In this document: positions 14,001-29,100 of the stretch, one piece after another
How positions within the stretch are numbered: position 1 is the stretch's first letter
Layout: each line of letters starts with the position of its first letter
The notes under the pieces: model-generated
What the model was told of the DNA's origin: nothing
Databases searched by the model: none
The model's input: only the letters and a program-made list of their open reading frames with translations
NCBI RefSeq assembly: GCF_009914755.1
Contig: NC_060934.1
From: the human T2T-CHM13v2.0 reference genome, Homo sapiens
Direction: 5' to 3' (one strand)
Length of the DNA: 64,000 nucleotides
Program-made: the position numbers and the translations under genes

Positions 14001-17000
14001 TGCAATCATCATCGAATAGAATCGAATGCAATCATCGAATGGACTCGAATGGAATAATCATTGAACGAAATCGAATGGAATCATCGTCGAATGGAAACGA
14101 ATGGAATCATCATCGAATGGAAATGAAAGGAGTCATCATCTAATGGAATCGCATGGAATCATCATCAAATGGAATCAAATGGAATCATCATCGAATGGAA
14201 TCTAATGGAATCATTGAACGGAATTGCATGGAATCGTCATCGAATGAATTGAATGCAATCATCGAATGGTCTCGAATGGAATCATCTTCAAATGGAATGG
14301 AATGGAATCATCGCATAGAATCGAATGGAATTATCATCGAATGGACTCAAATGGAATCAACATCAAACGGAATCAAACGGAATTATCGAATGGAATCGAA
14401 GAGAATCATCGAATGGACTCGAATGGAATCATCTAATGAAATAGAATGGAATAATCCATGGACTCGAATGCAATCATCATCAAATGGAATCGAATGGAAT
14501 CATCGAATGGACTCGAGTGGAATAAACATTCAACGGAATCGAATGGAATCGTCACCGGATGGAAACGAATGGAATCATCATCGAATGGAATCGAATGGAA
14601 TCATCAAATGGAATCAGATGAAATCATCATCAAATGGATTCGAATAGAATTATGGAATGAAATCCAATGTGATCATCATCGAATGGACTCAAACGGAATC
14701 ATCATCCAATGGAAACTAATGGAATCAACATCGAATGGAATCGAATGGAAACGCCATCGAATTGAAACGAATGGAATTATCATGAAATTGAAATGGATGG
14801 ACTCATCATCGAATGGATTCGAATGGAATCACCGAATGAAATTGATAGAAATCATCATCAAATGGAATCGAATGGAATCATTGAATGGAATCGAATGGAA
14901 TCATCATCAGATGGAAATGAATGGAATCATCATTGAATGGAATCGAATGGATTCTTTGAATGGAATCTGATGGAATCATCGAATGGTCTTGAATGGAATC
15001 ATTGAATGGACTCGAATGGAATCTTTATTGAATGGAATTGAATGGAATCATCGAATGGTCACGAATGGAATCATTATCAAATGGAATCGAATGGAATCAC
15101 CGAATAGAATCGAATGGAACAATCATCGAATGAACTCAAATGGAATTATCCTCAAATGGAATCAAATGGAATTATCGAATGCAATCGAATGGAATTATCG
15201 ATTGCAATCGAATAGAATCATCGAATGGACTCGAATGGTATCATCGAATGGAACGGAATGGAATAGTCAATGAACTCGAATGGAATCATCATTGAATGGA
15301 ATTGAATGGAATCATCGAGTGGAATCGAATGGAATCATGATCAAATGGAATCGAATGTAATCATCATCAAATGGAATCCAAATTAACCATCATCACTTGG
15401 TATTGAATGGAATTGTCATCAAATGGAATTCAAAGGAATCATCATGAAATGGAACCGAATGGAATCATCATTGAATGGAAATGAAAGGAGTCATCATCTA
15501 ATGGAATCGCATGGAATCATCATCAAATGGAATCGAATGGAATCATCATCAAATGGAATCTAATGGAATCATTGAACGGAATTGAATGGAATCGTCATCG
15601 AATGAATTGAGTGAAATCATCGAATGGTCTCGAAAGGAATAATCTTCAAATGGAAAGGAATGGAATCATCTCATAGAATAGAATGGAATTATCAACGAAT
15701 GGACTCGAATGGAATCAACATCAAACGGAATTATCGAATGGAATCGAAGAGAATCATCGAATGGCCACGAATGGAATCATCTAATGGAATGGAATGGAAT
15801 AATCCATGGACCCGAATGCAATCATCATCGAATAGAATCGAATGGAATCATCGAATGGACACGAATGGAATAATCATTGAACGGAATTGAATGGAATCAT
15901 CGTCGAATGGAAACGCATGGAATCATCATCGAATGGAAATGAAAGGAGTCATCATCTAATGGAATCGCACGGAATCATCATCAAATGGAATGGAATGGAA
16001 TCATCATCGAATGGAATCTAATGGAATAATTGAATGGAAGTGAATGGAATCGTCATCGAATGAATTGAATGCAATCATCGAATGGTCTCGAATGTAACCA
16101 TCTTCAAATGGAATGGAATGGAATCATCGCATAGAATCGAATGGAATTATCATCGAATGGCCTCAAATGGAATCAACATCAAACGGAATCAAACGGAATT
16201 ATCGAATGGAATCGAAGAGAATCATCGAATGGACTCGAATGGAATCATCTAATGAAATAGAATGGAATAATCCATGGACTCGAATGCAATCATCATCAAA
16301 TGGAATCGAATGGAATCGTCGAATGGACTCGAGTGGAATAAACATTCAACGGAATCGAATGGAATCGACACCGGATGGAAACGAATGGAATCATCATCGA
16401 ATGGAATCGAATGGAATCATCAAATGGAATCAGATGAAATCATCATCAAATGGATTCGAATAGAATTATGGAATGAAATCCAATGTGATCATCATCGAAT
16501 GGACTCGAACGGAATCATCATCCAATGGAAACAAATGGAATCAACATCGAATGGAATCGAATGGAAACGCCATCGAAAGGAAACGAATGGAATTATCATG
16601 AAATTGAAATAGATGGACTCATCATCGAATGGATTCGAATGGAATCACCGAATGAAATTGATTGAAATCATCATCAAATGGAATCGAATGGAATCATTGA
16701 ATGGAATCGAATGGAATCATCATCAGATGGAAATGAATGGAATCATCACTGAATGGAATCGAATGGATTCATTGAATGGAATCTGATGGAATCATCGAAT
16801 GGACTTGAATGGAATCATTGAATGGACTCGAATGGAATCTTTATTGAATGGAATTGAATGGAATCATCGAATGGTCTCGAATGGAATCATTATCAAATGG
16901 AATCGAATGGAATCACCGAATAGAATCGAATGGAACAATCATCGAATGGACTCAAATGGAATTATCCTCAAATGGAATCGAATGGATTTATCGAATGCAA

Positions 17001-20000
17001 TCGAATGGAATTATCGAAAGCAATCGAATAGAATCATCGAATGGACTCGAATGGAATCATCGAATGGAATGGAATGGAAGAGTCAATGAACTCGAATGGA
17101 ATCTTCATTGAATGGAATCGAATGGAATCATCGAGTGGAATCGAATGGAATCATGATCAAATGGAATCGAATGTAATCATCATCAAATGGAATCCAAAAT
17201 CACCATCATCAATTGGTACTGAATGGAACTGTCATCAAATGGAATTCAAAGGAATCATCATCAAATGGAACCGAATGGAATCCTCATTGAATGGAAATGA
17301 AAGGAGTCATCATCTAATGGAATCGCATGGAATCATCATCAAATGGAATCGAATGGAATCATCATCAAATGGAATCGAATGGAATCATTGAACGGAATTG
17401 AATCGAGTCGTCATCGAATGAATTGAATGCAATCATCGAATGGTCTCGAATGGAATCATCTTCAAATGGAAAGGAATGGAATCATCGCATAGAATCGAAT
17501 GGAATTATCATCGAATGGACTCGAATGGAATCAACATCAAACGGAATCAAACGGAATTATCGAATGGAATCGAAGAGAATCATCGAATGGACTCGAATGG
17601 AATCATCTATTGGAATGGAATGGAATAATCCATGGACCCGAATGTAATCATCATCGAATAGAATCGAATGCAGTCATCGAATGGACTCAAATGGAATAAT
17701 CATTGAACGAAATCGAATGGAATCATCGTCGAATGGAAACGAATGGAATCATCAGCGAATGGAAATGAAAGGAGTCATCATCTAATGGAATCGCATAGAA
17801 TCATCATCAAATGGAATCAAATGGAATCATCATCGAATGGAATCTAATGGAATCATTGAACGGAATTGCATGGAATCATCATCGAATGAATTGAATGCAA
17901 TCATCGAATGGTCTCGAATGGAATCATCTTCAAATGGAATGGAATGGAATCATCGCATAGAATCGAATGGAATTATCATCGAATGGCCTCAAATGGAATC
18001 AACATCAAACGGAATCAAACGGAATTATCGAATGGAATCGAAGAGAATCATCAAATGGACTCGAATGGAATCATCTAATGAAATAGAATGGAATAATCCA
18101 TGGACTCGAATGCAATCATCATCAAATGGAATCGAATGGAATCGTCGAATGGACTCGAGTGGAATAAACATTCAACGGAATCGAATGGAATCGTCACCGG
18201 ATGGAAACGAATGGAATCATCATCGAATGGAATCGAATGGAATCATCAAATGGAATCAGATGGAATCATCACCAAATGGAATCAAATAGAATTATGGAAT
18301 GAAATCCAATGTGATCATCATCGAATGGACTCAAACGGAATCATCATCCAATGGAAACTAATGGAATCAACATCGAATGGAATCGAATGGAAACGCCATC
18401 GAATTGAAACGAATGGAATTATCATGAAATTGAAATGGATGGACTCATCATCGAATGGATTCGAATGGAATCACCGAATGAAATTGATAGAAATCATCAT
18501 CAAATGGAATCGAATGGAATCATTGAATGGAATCGAATGGAATCATCATCAGATGGAAATGAATGGAATCATCATTGAATGGAATCGAATGGATTCTTTG
18601 AATGGAATCTGATGGAATCATCGAATGGTCTTGAATGGAATCATTGAATGGACTCGAATGGAATCTTTATTGAATGGAATTGAATGGAATCATCGAATGG
18701 TCTCGAATGGAATCATTATCAAATGGAATCGAATGGAATCACCGAATAGAATCGAATGGAACAATCATCGAATGGACTCAAATGGAATTATCCTCAAATG
18801 GAATCAAATGGAATTATCGAATGCAATCGAATGGAATTATCGAATGCAATCGAATAGAATCATCGAATGGACTCGAATGGTATCATCGAATGGAACGGAA
18901 TGGAATAGTCAATGAACTCGAATGGAATCATCTTTGAATGGAATTGAATGGAATCATCGAGTGGAATCGAATGGAATCACGATCAAATGGAATCGAATGT
19001 AATCATCATCAAATGGAATCCAAAATCACCATCATCACTTGGTATTGAATGGAATTGTCATCAAATTGAATTCAAAGGAATCATCATGAAATGGAACCGA
19101 ATGGAATCAACATTGAATGGAAATGAAAGGAGTCATCATCTAATGGAATTGCATGGAATCATCATCAAATGAAATCGAATGGAATCATCATCAAATGGAA
19201 TCTAATGGAATCATTGAACGGAATTGAATGGAATCGTCATCGAATGAATTGAGTTCAATCATCGAATGGTCTCGAAAGGAATAATCTTCAAATGGAAAGG
19301 AATGGAATCATCGCATAGAATCGAATGGAATTATCAACGAATGGACTCGAATGGGATCAACATCAAACGGAATTATCGAATGGAATCGAAGAGAATCATC
19401 GAATGGCCACGAATGGAATCATCTAATGGAATGGAATGGAATAATCCATGGACCCGAATGCAATCATCATCGAATAGAATCGAATGGAATCATCGAATGG
19501 ACACAAATGGAATAATCATTGAACGGAATCGAATGGAATCATCGTCGAATGGAAACGCATGGAATCATCATCGAATGGAAATGAAAGGAGTCATCATCTA
19601 ATGGAATCGCACGGAATCATCATCAAATGGAATCGAATGGAATCATCATCGAATGGAATCTAATGGAATAATTGAACAGAAGTGAATGGAATCGTCATCG
19701 AATGAATTGAATGCAATCATCGAATGGTCTCGAATGTAACCATCTTCAAATGGAATGGAATGGAATCATCGCATAGAATCGAATGGAATTATCATCGAAT
19801 GGACTCAAATGGAATCAACATCAAACGGAATCCAACGGAATTATCGAATGGAATCGAAGAGAATCATCGAATGGACTCGAATGGAATCATCTAATGAAAT
19901 AGAATGGAATAATCCATGGACTCGAATGCAATCATCATCAAATGGAATCGAATGGAATCGTCGAATGGACTCGAGTGGAATAAACATTCAACGGAATCGA

Positions 20001-21934
20001 ATGGAATCGTCACCGGATGGAAACGAATGGAATCATCATCGAATGGAATCGAATGGAATCATCAAATGGAATCAGATGAAATCATCATCAAATGGATTCG
20101 AATAGAATTATGGAATGAAATCCAATGTGATCATCATCGAATGGACACGAACGGAATCATCATCCAATGGAAACAAATGGAATCAACATCGAATGGAATC
20201 GAATGGAAACGCCATCGAAAGGAAACGAATGGAATTATCATGAAATTGAAATGGATGGACTCATCATCGAATGGATTCGAATGGAATCACCGAATGAAAT
20301 TGATAGAAATCATCATCAAATGGAATCGAATGGAATCATTGAATGGAATCGAATGGAATCATCATCAGATGGATATGAATGGAATCATCACTGAATGGAA
20401 TCGAATGGATTCATTGAATGGAATCTGATGGAATCATCGAATGGACTTGAATGGAATCATTGAATGGACTCGAATGGAATCTTTATTGAATGGAATTGAA
20501 TGGAATCATCGAATGGTCTCGAATGGAATCATTATCAAATGGAATCGAATGGAATCACCGAATAGAATCGAATGGAACAATCATCGAATGGACTCAAATG
20601 GAATTATCCTCAAATGGAATCGAATGGATTTATCGAATGCAATCGAATGGAATTATCGAAAGCAATCGAATAGAATCATCGAATGGACTCGAATGGAATC
20701 ATCAAATGGAATGGAATGGAAGAGTCAATGAACTCGAATGGAATCATCATTGAATGGAATCGAATGGAATCATCGAGTGGAATCGAATGGAATCATGATC
20801 AAATGGAATCGAATGTAATCATCATCAAATGGAATCCCAAATCACCATCATCAATTGGTACTGAATGGAATTGTCATCAAATGGAATTCAAAGGAATCAT
20901 CATCAAATGGAACCGAATGGAATCCTCATTGAATGGAAATGAAAGGAGTCATCATCTAATGGAATCGCATGGAATCATCATCAAATGGAATCGAATGGAA
21001 TCATCATCAAATGGAATCGAATGGAATCATTGAACGGAATTGAATGGAATCGTCATCGAATGAATTGAGTGCAATCATCGAATGGTCTCAAAAGGAATAA
21101 TCTTCAAATGGAAAGGAATGGAATCATCTCATAGAATCGAATGGAATTATCAACGAATGGACTCGAATGGAATCAACATCAAACGGAATTATCGAATGGA
21201 ATCGAAGAGAATCATCGAATGGCCACGAATGGAATCATCTAATGGAATGGAATGGAATAATCCATGGACCCGAATGCAATCATCATCGAATAGAATCGAA
21301 TGGAATCATCGAATGGACACGAATGGAATAATCATTGAACGGAATCGAATGGAATCATCATTGAATGGAAACGCATGGAATCATCATCGAATGGAAATGA
21401 AAGGAGTCATCATCTAATGGAATCGCACGGAATCATCATCAAATGGAATCGAATGGAATCATCATCGAATGGAATCTAATGGAATAATTGAACGGAAGTG
21501 AATGGAATCGTCATCGAATGAATTGAATGCAATCATCGAATGGTCTCGAATGTAACCATCTTCAAATGGAATGGAATGGAATCATCGCATAGAATCGAAT
21601 GGAATTATCATCGAATGGACTCAAATGGAATCAACATCAAACGGAATCAAACGGAATTATCGAATGGAATCGAAGAGAATCATCGAATGGACTCGAATGG
21701 AATCATCTAATGAAATAGAATGGAATAATCCATGGACTCGAATGCAATCATCATCAAATGGAATCGAATGCAATCGTCGAATGGACTCGAGTGGAATAAA
21801 CATTCAACGGAATCGAATGGAATCGTCACCGGATGGAAACGAATGGAATCATCATCGAATGGAATCGAATGGAATCATCAAATGGAATCAGATGAAATCA
21901 TCATCAAATGGATTCGAATAGAATTATGGAATGA
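11019..21934. repeat. A/B dimeric higher-order repeat, 3642 bp (1816+1826)
   Basis: Landmark spacings alternate 1816/1826 and diagnostic alleles alternate with them. Type A carries AAACTAATGG, CGAATTGAAAC, GATTCTTTG, GGTATCATCG and CACTTGGTATTG. Type B carries AAACAAATGG, CGAAAGGAAAC, CATCACTGA, GATTTATCG and CAATTGGTACTG. Confidence 0.85.
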
Positions 21935-24900
21935 AATCCAATGTGATCATCATCGAATGGACACGAACGGAATCATCATCCAATGGAAACAAATGGAATC
22001 AACATCGAATGGAATCGAATGGAAACGCCATCGAAAGGAAACGAATGGAATTATCATGAAATTGAAATGGATGGACTCATCATCGAATGGATTCGAATGG
22101 AATCACCGAATGAAATTGATAGAAATCATCATCAAATGGAATCGAATGGAATCATTGAATGGAATCGAATGGAATCATCATCAGATGGAAATGAATGGAA
22201 TCATCACTGAATGGAATCGAATGGATTCATTGAATGGAATCTGATGGAATCATCGAATGGACTTGACTGGAATCATTGAATGGACTCGAATGGAATCTTT
22301 ATTGAATGGAATTGAATGGAATCATCGAATGGTCTCGAATGGAATCATTATCAAATGGAATCGAATGGAATCACCGAATAGAATCGAATGGAACAATCAT
22401 CGAATGGACTCAAATGGAATTATCCTCAAATGGAATCGAATGGATTTATCGAATGCAATCGAATGGAATTATCGAAAGCAATCGAATAGAATCATCGAAT
22501 GGACTCGAATGGAATCATCGAATGGAATGGAATGGAAGAGTCAATGAACTCGAATGGAATCATCATTGAATGGAATCGAATGGAATCATCGAGTGGAATC
22601 GAATGGAATCATGATCAAATGGAATCGAATGTAATCATCATCAAATGGAATCCAAAATCACCATCATCAATTGGTACTGAATGGAATTGTCATCAAATGG
22701 AATTCAAAGGAATCATCATCAAATGGAACCGAATGGAATCCTCATTGAATGGAAATGAAAGGAGTCATCATCTAATGGAATCGCATGGAATCATCATCAA
22801 ATGGAATCGAATGGAATCATCATCAAATGGAATCGAATGGAATCATTGAACGGAATTGAATCGAATCGTCATCGAATGAATTGAATGCAATCATCGAATG
22901 GTCTCGAATGGAATAATCTTCAAATGGAAAGGAATGGAATCATCGCATAGAATCGAATGGAATTATCATCGAATGGACTCGAATGGAATCAACATCAAAC
23001 GGAATCAAACGGAATTATCGAATGGAAGCGAAGAGAATCATCGAATGGACTCGAATGGAATCATCTAATGGAATGGAATGGAATAATCCATGGACCCGAA
23101 TGCAATCATCATCGAATAGAATCGAATGCAATCATCGAATGGACTCGAATGGAATAATCATTGAACGAAATCGAATGGAATCATCGTCGAATGGAAACGA
23201 ATGGAATCATCATCGAATGGAAATGAAAGGAGTCATCATCTAATGGAATCGCATGGAATCATCATCAAATGGAATCCAATGGAATCATCATCGAATGGAA
23301 TCTAATGGAATCATTGAACGGAATTGCATGGAATCGTCATCGAATGAATTGAATGCAATCATCGAATGGTCTCGAATGGAATCATCTTCAAATGGAATGG
23401 AATGGAATCATCGCATAGAATCGAATGGAAATATCATCGAATGGACTCAAATGGAATCAACATCAAACGGAATCAAACGGAATTCTCGAATGGAATCGAA
23501 GAGAATCATCGAATGGACTCGAATGGAATCATCTAATGAAATGGAATGGAATAATCCATGGACTCGAATGCAATCATCATCAAATGGAATCGAATGGAAT
23601 CGTCGAATGGACTCGAGTGGAATAAACATTCAACGGAATCGAATAGAATCGTCACCGAATGGAAACGAATGGAATCATCATCGAATGGAATCGAATGGAA
23701 TCATCAAATGGAATCAGATGGAATCATCATCAAATGGAATCAAATAGAATTATGGAATGAAATCCAATGTGATCATCATCGAATGGACTCAAACGGAATC
23801 ATCATCCAATGGAAACTAATGGAATCAACATCGAATGGAATCGAATGGAAACGCCATCGAATTGAAACGAATGGAATTATCATGAAATTGAAATGGATGG
23901 ACTCATCATCGAATGGATTCGAATGGAATCACCGAATGAAATTGATAGAAATCATCATCAAATGGAATCGAATGGAATCATTGAATGGAATCGAATGGAA
24001 TCATCATCAGATGGAAATGAATGGAATCATCATTGAATGGAATCGAATGGATTCTTTGAATGGAATCTGATGGAATCATCGAATGGTCTTGAACGGAATC
24101 ATTGAATGGACTCGAATGGAATCTTTATTGAATGGAATTGAATGGAATCATCGAATGGTCACGAATGGAATCATTATCAAATGGAATCGAATGGAATCAC
24201 CGAATAGAATCGAATGGAACAATCATCGAATGGACGCAAATGGAATTATCCTCAAATGGAATCAAATGGAATTATCGAATGCAATCGTATGGAATTATCG
24301 AATGCAATCGAATAGAATCATCGAATGGACTCGAGTGGTATCATCGAATGGAACGGAATGGAATAGTCAATGAACTCGAATGGAATCATCATTGAATGGA
24401 ATTGAATGGAATCATCGAGTGGAATCGAATGGAATCATGATCAAATGGAATCGAATGTAATCATCATCAAATGGAATCCAAATTAACCATCATCACTTGG
24501 TATTGAATGGAATTGTCATCAAATGGAATTCAAAGGAATCATCATGAAATGGAACCGAATGGAATCATCATTGAATGGAAATGAAAGGAGTCATCATCTA
24601 ATGGAATCGCATGGAATCATCATCAAATGGAATCGAATGGAATCATCACCAAATGGAATCTAATGGAATCATTGAACGGAATTGAATGGAATCGTCATCG
24701 AATGAATTGAGTGCAATCATCGAATGGTCTCGAAAGGAATAATCTTCAAATGGAAAGGAATGGAATCATCTCATAGAATCGAATGGAATTATCAACGAAT
24801 GGACTCGAATGGAATCAACATCAAACGGAATTATCGAATGGAATCGAAGAGAATCATCGAATGGCCACGAATGGAATCATCTAATGGAATGGAATGGAAT

Positions 24901-26199
24901 AATCCATGGACCCGAATGCAATCATCATCGAATAGAATCGAATGGAATCATCGAATGGACACGAATGGAATAATCATTGAACGGAATCGAATGGAATCAT
25001 CGTCGAATGGAAACACATGGAATCATCATCGAATGGAAATGAAAGGAGTCATCATCTAATGGAATCGCACGGAATCATCATCAAATGGAATGGAATGGAA
25101 TCATCATCGAATGGAATCTAATGGAATAATTGAACGGAAGTGAATGGAATCGTCATCGAATGAATTGAATGCAATCATCGAATGGTCTCGAATGGAATCA
25201 TCTTCAAATGGAATGGAATAGAATCATCGCATAGAATCGAATGGAATTATCATCGAATGGACTCAAATGGAATCAACATCAAACGGAATCAAACGGAATT
25301 ATCGAATGGAATCGAAGAGAATCATCGAATGGACTCGAATGGAATCATCTAATGAAATAGAATGGAATAATCCATGGACTCGAATGCAATCATCATCAAA
25401 TGGAATCGAATGGAATCGTCGAATAGACTCGAGTGGAATAAACATTCAACGGAATCGAATGGAATCGTCACCGGATGGAAACGAAGGGAATCATCATCGA
25501 ATGGAATCGAATGGAATCATCAAATGGAATCAGATGGAATCATCATCAAATGGAATCGAATAGAATTATGGAATGAAATCCAATGTGATCATCATTGAAT
25601 GGACTCGAACGGAATCATCATCCAATGGAAACTAATGGTATCAACATCAAATGGAATCGAATGGAAACACCATCGAATTGAAACGAATGGAATTATCATG
25701 AAATTGAAATGGATGGACTCATCATCGAATGGATTTGAATGGAATCACCGAATGAAATTGATTGAAATCATCATCGAATGGAGTCATTGAATGGAATCGA
25801 ATGGAATCATCATGAGATGGAAATGAACGGAATCATCATAGAATGGAATCGAACGGATTCATTGAATGGAATCAGATGGAATCTTCGAATGGACATGAAT
25901 GGAATCATTGAATGGACTCGAATGGAATCATTATTGAATAGAATTGAATGGAATCATTGAACGGCCTCGAATGGAATAATTATGAAATGAAATCGAATGG
26001 AATCACCGAATAGAATCGAATGGAACAATCATCGAATGCACTCAAATGGAATTATCCTCAAATGGAATAGAATGGAATTATTGAATGCAATCGAATAGAA
26101 TCATCGAATGGACTCGAATGGTATCATCGAATGGAACGGAATGGAATAGTCAATGAACTCGAATGGAATCATCATTGAATGGAATCGAATGGAATCATT

Positions 26200-29100
26200 G
26201 AGAGGAATCGAATGGAATCCTGATCAAATGCAATCGAATGTAATGATCATCAAATGGAATCCAAATTAACCATCATCACTTGGTATTGAATGGAATTGTC
26301 ATCAAATGGAATTCAAAGGAATCATCATGAAGTGGAACCGAATGGAATCATCATTGAATGGAAATGAAAGGAGTCATCATCTAATGGAATCGCATGGAAT
26401 CATCATCAAATGGAATCGAATGGAATCATCATCAAATGGAATCTAATGGAATCATTGAACGGAATTGAATGGAATCGTCATCGAATGAATTGAGTGCAAT
26501 CATCGAATGGTCTCGAATGGAATCATCTTCAAATGGAAAGGAATGGAATCATCGCATAGAATCGAATGGAATTATCATCGAATGGACCCGAATGGAATCA
26601 ACATCAAACGGAATCAAACGGAATTATCGAATGGAATCGAAGAGAATCATCGAATGGCCACGAATGGAATCATCTAATGGAATGGAATGGAATAATCCAT
26701 GGACACGAATGCAATCATCATCGAATAGAATCGAATGGAATCATCGAATGGACTCGAATGGAATAATCATTGAACGCAATCGAATGGAATCATCGAGTGG
26801 AATCGAATGGAATCATGATCAAATGGAATCGAATGTAATCATCATCAAATGGAATCCAAAATCACCATCATCAATTGGTACTGAATGGAATTGTCATCAA
26901 ATGGAATTCAAAGGAATCATCATCAAATGGAACCGAATGGAATCCTCATTGAATGGAAATGAAAGGAGTCATCATCTAATGGAATCGCATGGAATCATCA
27001 TCAAATGGAATCGAATGGAATCATCATCAAATGGAATCGAATGGAATCATTGAACGGAATTGAATCGAATCGTCATCGAATGAATTGAATGCAATCATCG
27101 AATGGTCTCGAATGGAATAATCTTCAAATGGAAAGGAATGGAATCATCGCATAGAATCGAATGGAATTATCAACGAATGGACTCGAATGGAATCAACATC
27201 AAACGGAATCAAACGGAATTATCGAATGGAATCGAAGAGAATCATCGAATGGCCACGAATGGAATCATCTAATGGAATGGAATGGAATAATCCATGGACC
27301 CGAATGCAATCATCATCGAATAGAATCGAATGGAATCATCGAATGGACACGAATGGAATAATCATTGAACGGAATCGAATGGAATCATCGTCGAATGGAA
27401 ACGCATGGAATCATCATCGAATGGAAATGAAAGGAGTCATCATCTAATGAAATCGCACGGAATCATCATCAAATGGAATCGAATGGAAGCATCATCGAAT
27501 GGAATCTAATGGAATCATTGAACCGAATTGCATGGAATCGTCATCGAATGAATTGAATGCAATCATCGAATGGTCTCGAATGGAATCATCTTCAAATGGA
27601 ATGGAATGGAATCATAGCATAGAATCGAATGGAATTATCATCGAATGGACTCAAATGGAATCAACATCAAACGGAATCAAACGGAATTATCGAATGGAAT
27701 CGAAGAGAATCATCGAATGGACTCGAATGGAATCATCTAATGAAATAGAATGGAATAATCCATGGACTCGAATGCAATCATCATCAAATGGAATCGAATG
27801 GAATCGTCGAATGGACTCGAGAGGAATAAACATTCAACGGAATCGAATGGAATCGTCACCGGATGGAAACGAATGGAATCATCATCGAATGGAATCGAAT
27901 GGAATCATCAAATGGAATCAGACGGAATCATCATCAAATGGAATCAAATAGAATTATGGAATGAAATCCAATGTGATCATCATCGAATGGACTCAAACGG
28001 AATCATCATCCAATGGAAACTAATGGAATTAACATCGAATGGAATCGAATGGAAACGCCATCGAATTGAAACGAATGGAATTATCATGAAATTGAAATGG
28101 ATGGACTCATCATCGAATGGATTCGAATGGAATCACCGAATGAAATTGATAGAAATCATCATCAAATGGAATCGAATGGAATCATTGAATGGAATCGAAT
28201 GGAATCATCATCAGATGGAAATGAATGGAATCATCATTGAATGGAATCGAATGGATTCTTTGAATGGAATCTGATGGAATCATCGAATGGTCTTGAATGG
28301 AATCATTGAATGGACTCGAATGGAATCTTTATTGAATGGAATTGAATGGAATCATCGAATGGTCACGAATGGAATCATTATCAAATGGAATCGAATGGAA
28401 TCACCGAATAGAATCGAATGGAACAATCATCGAATGGACTCAAATGGAATTATCCTCAAATGGAATGGAATGGATTTATCGAATGAAATCGAATGGAATT
28501 ATCGAAAGCAATCGAATAGAATCATCGAATGGACTCGAATGGAATCATCGAATGGAATGGAATGGAAGAGTCAATGAACTCGAATGGAATCATCATTGAA
28601 TGGAATCGAATGGAATCATCGAGTGGAATCGAATGGAATCATGATCAAATGGAATGGAATGTAATCATCATCAAATGGAATCCAAAATCACCATCATCAA
28701 TTGGTACTGAATGGAATTGTCATCAAATGGAATTCAAAGGAATCATCATCAAATGGAACCGAATGGAATCCTCATTGAATGGAAATGAAAGGAGTCATCA
28801 TCTAATGGAATCGCATGGAATCATCATCAAATGGAATCGAATGGAATCATCATCAAATGGAATCGAATGGAATCATTGAACGGAATTGAATCGAATCGTC
28901 ATCGAATGAATTGAATGCAATCATCGAATGGTCTCGAATGGAATCATCTTCAAATGGAAAGGAATGGAATCATCGCATAGAATCGAATGGAATTATCATC
29001 GAATGGACTCGAATGGAATCAACATCAAACGGAATCAAACGGAATTATCGAATGGAATCGAAGAGAATCATCGAATGGACTCGAATGGAATCATCTAATG

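Noticed and set aside
23447-23629. Only minus-strand ORF (60 aa)
   Set aside because: It results from chance loss of stop codons through point variants in one unit.
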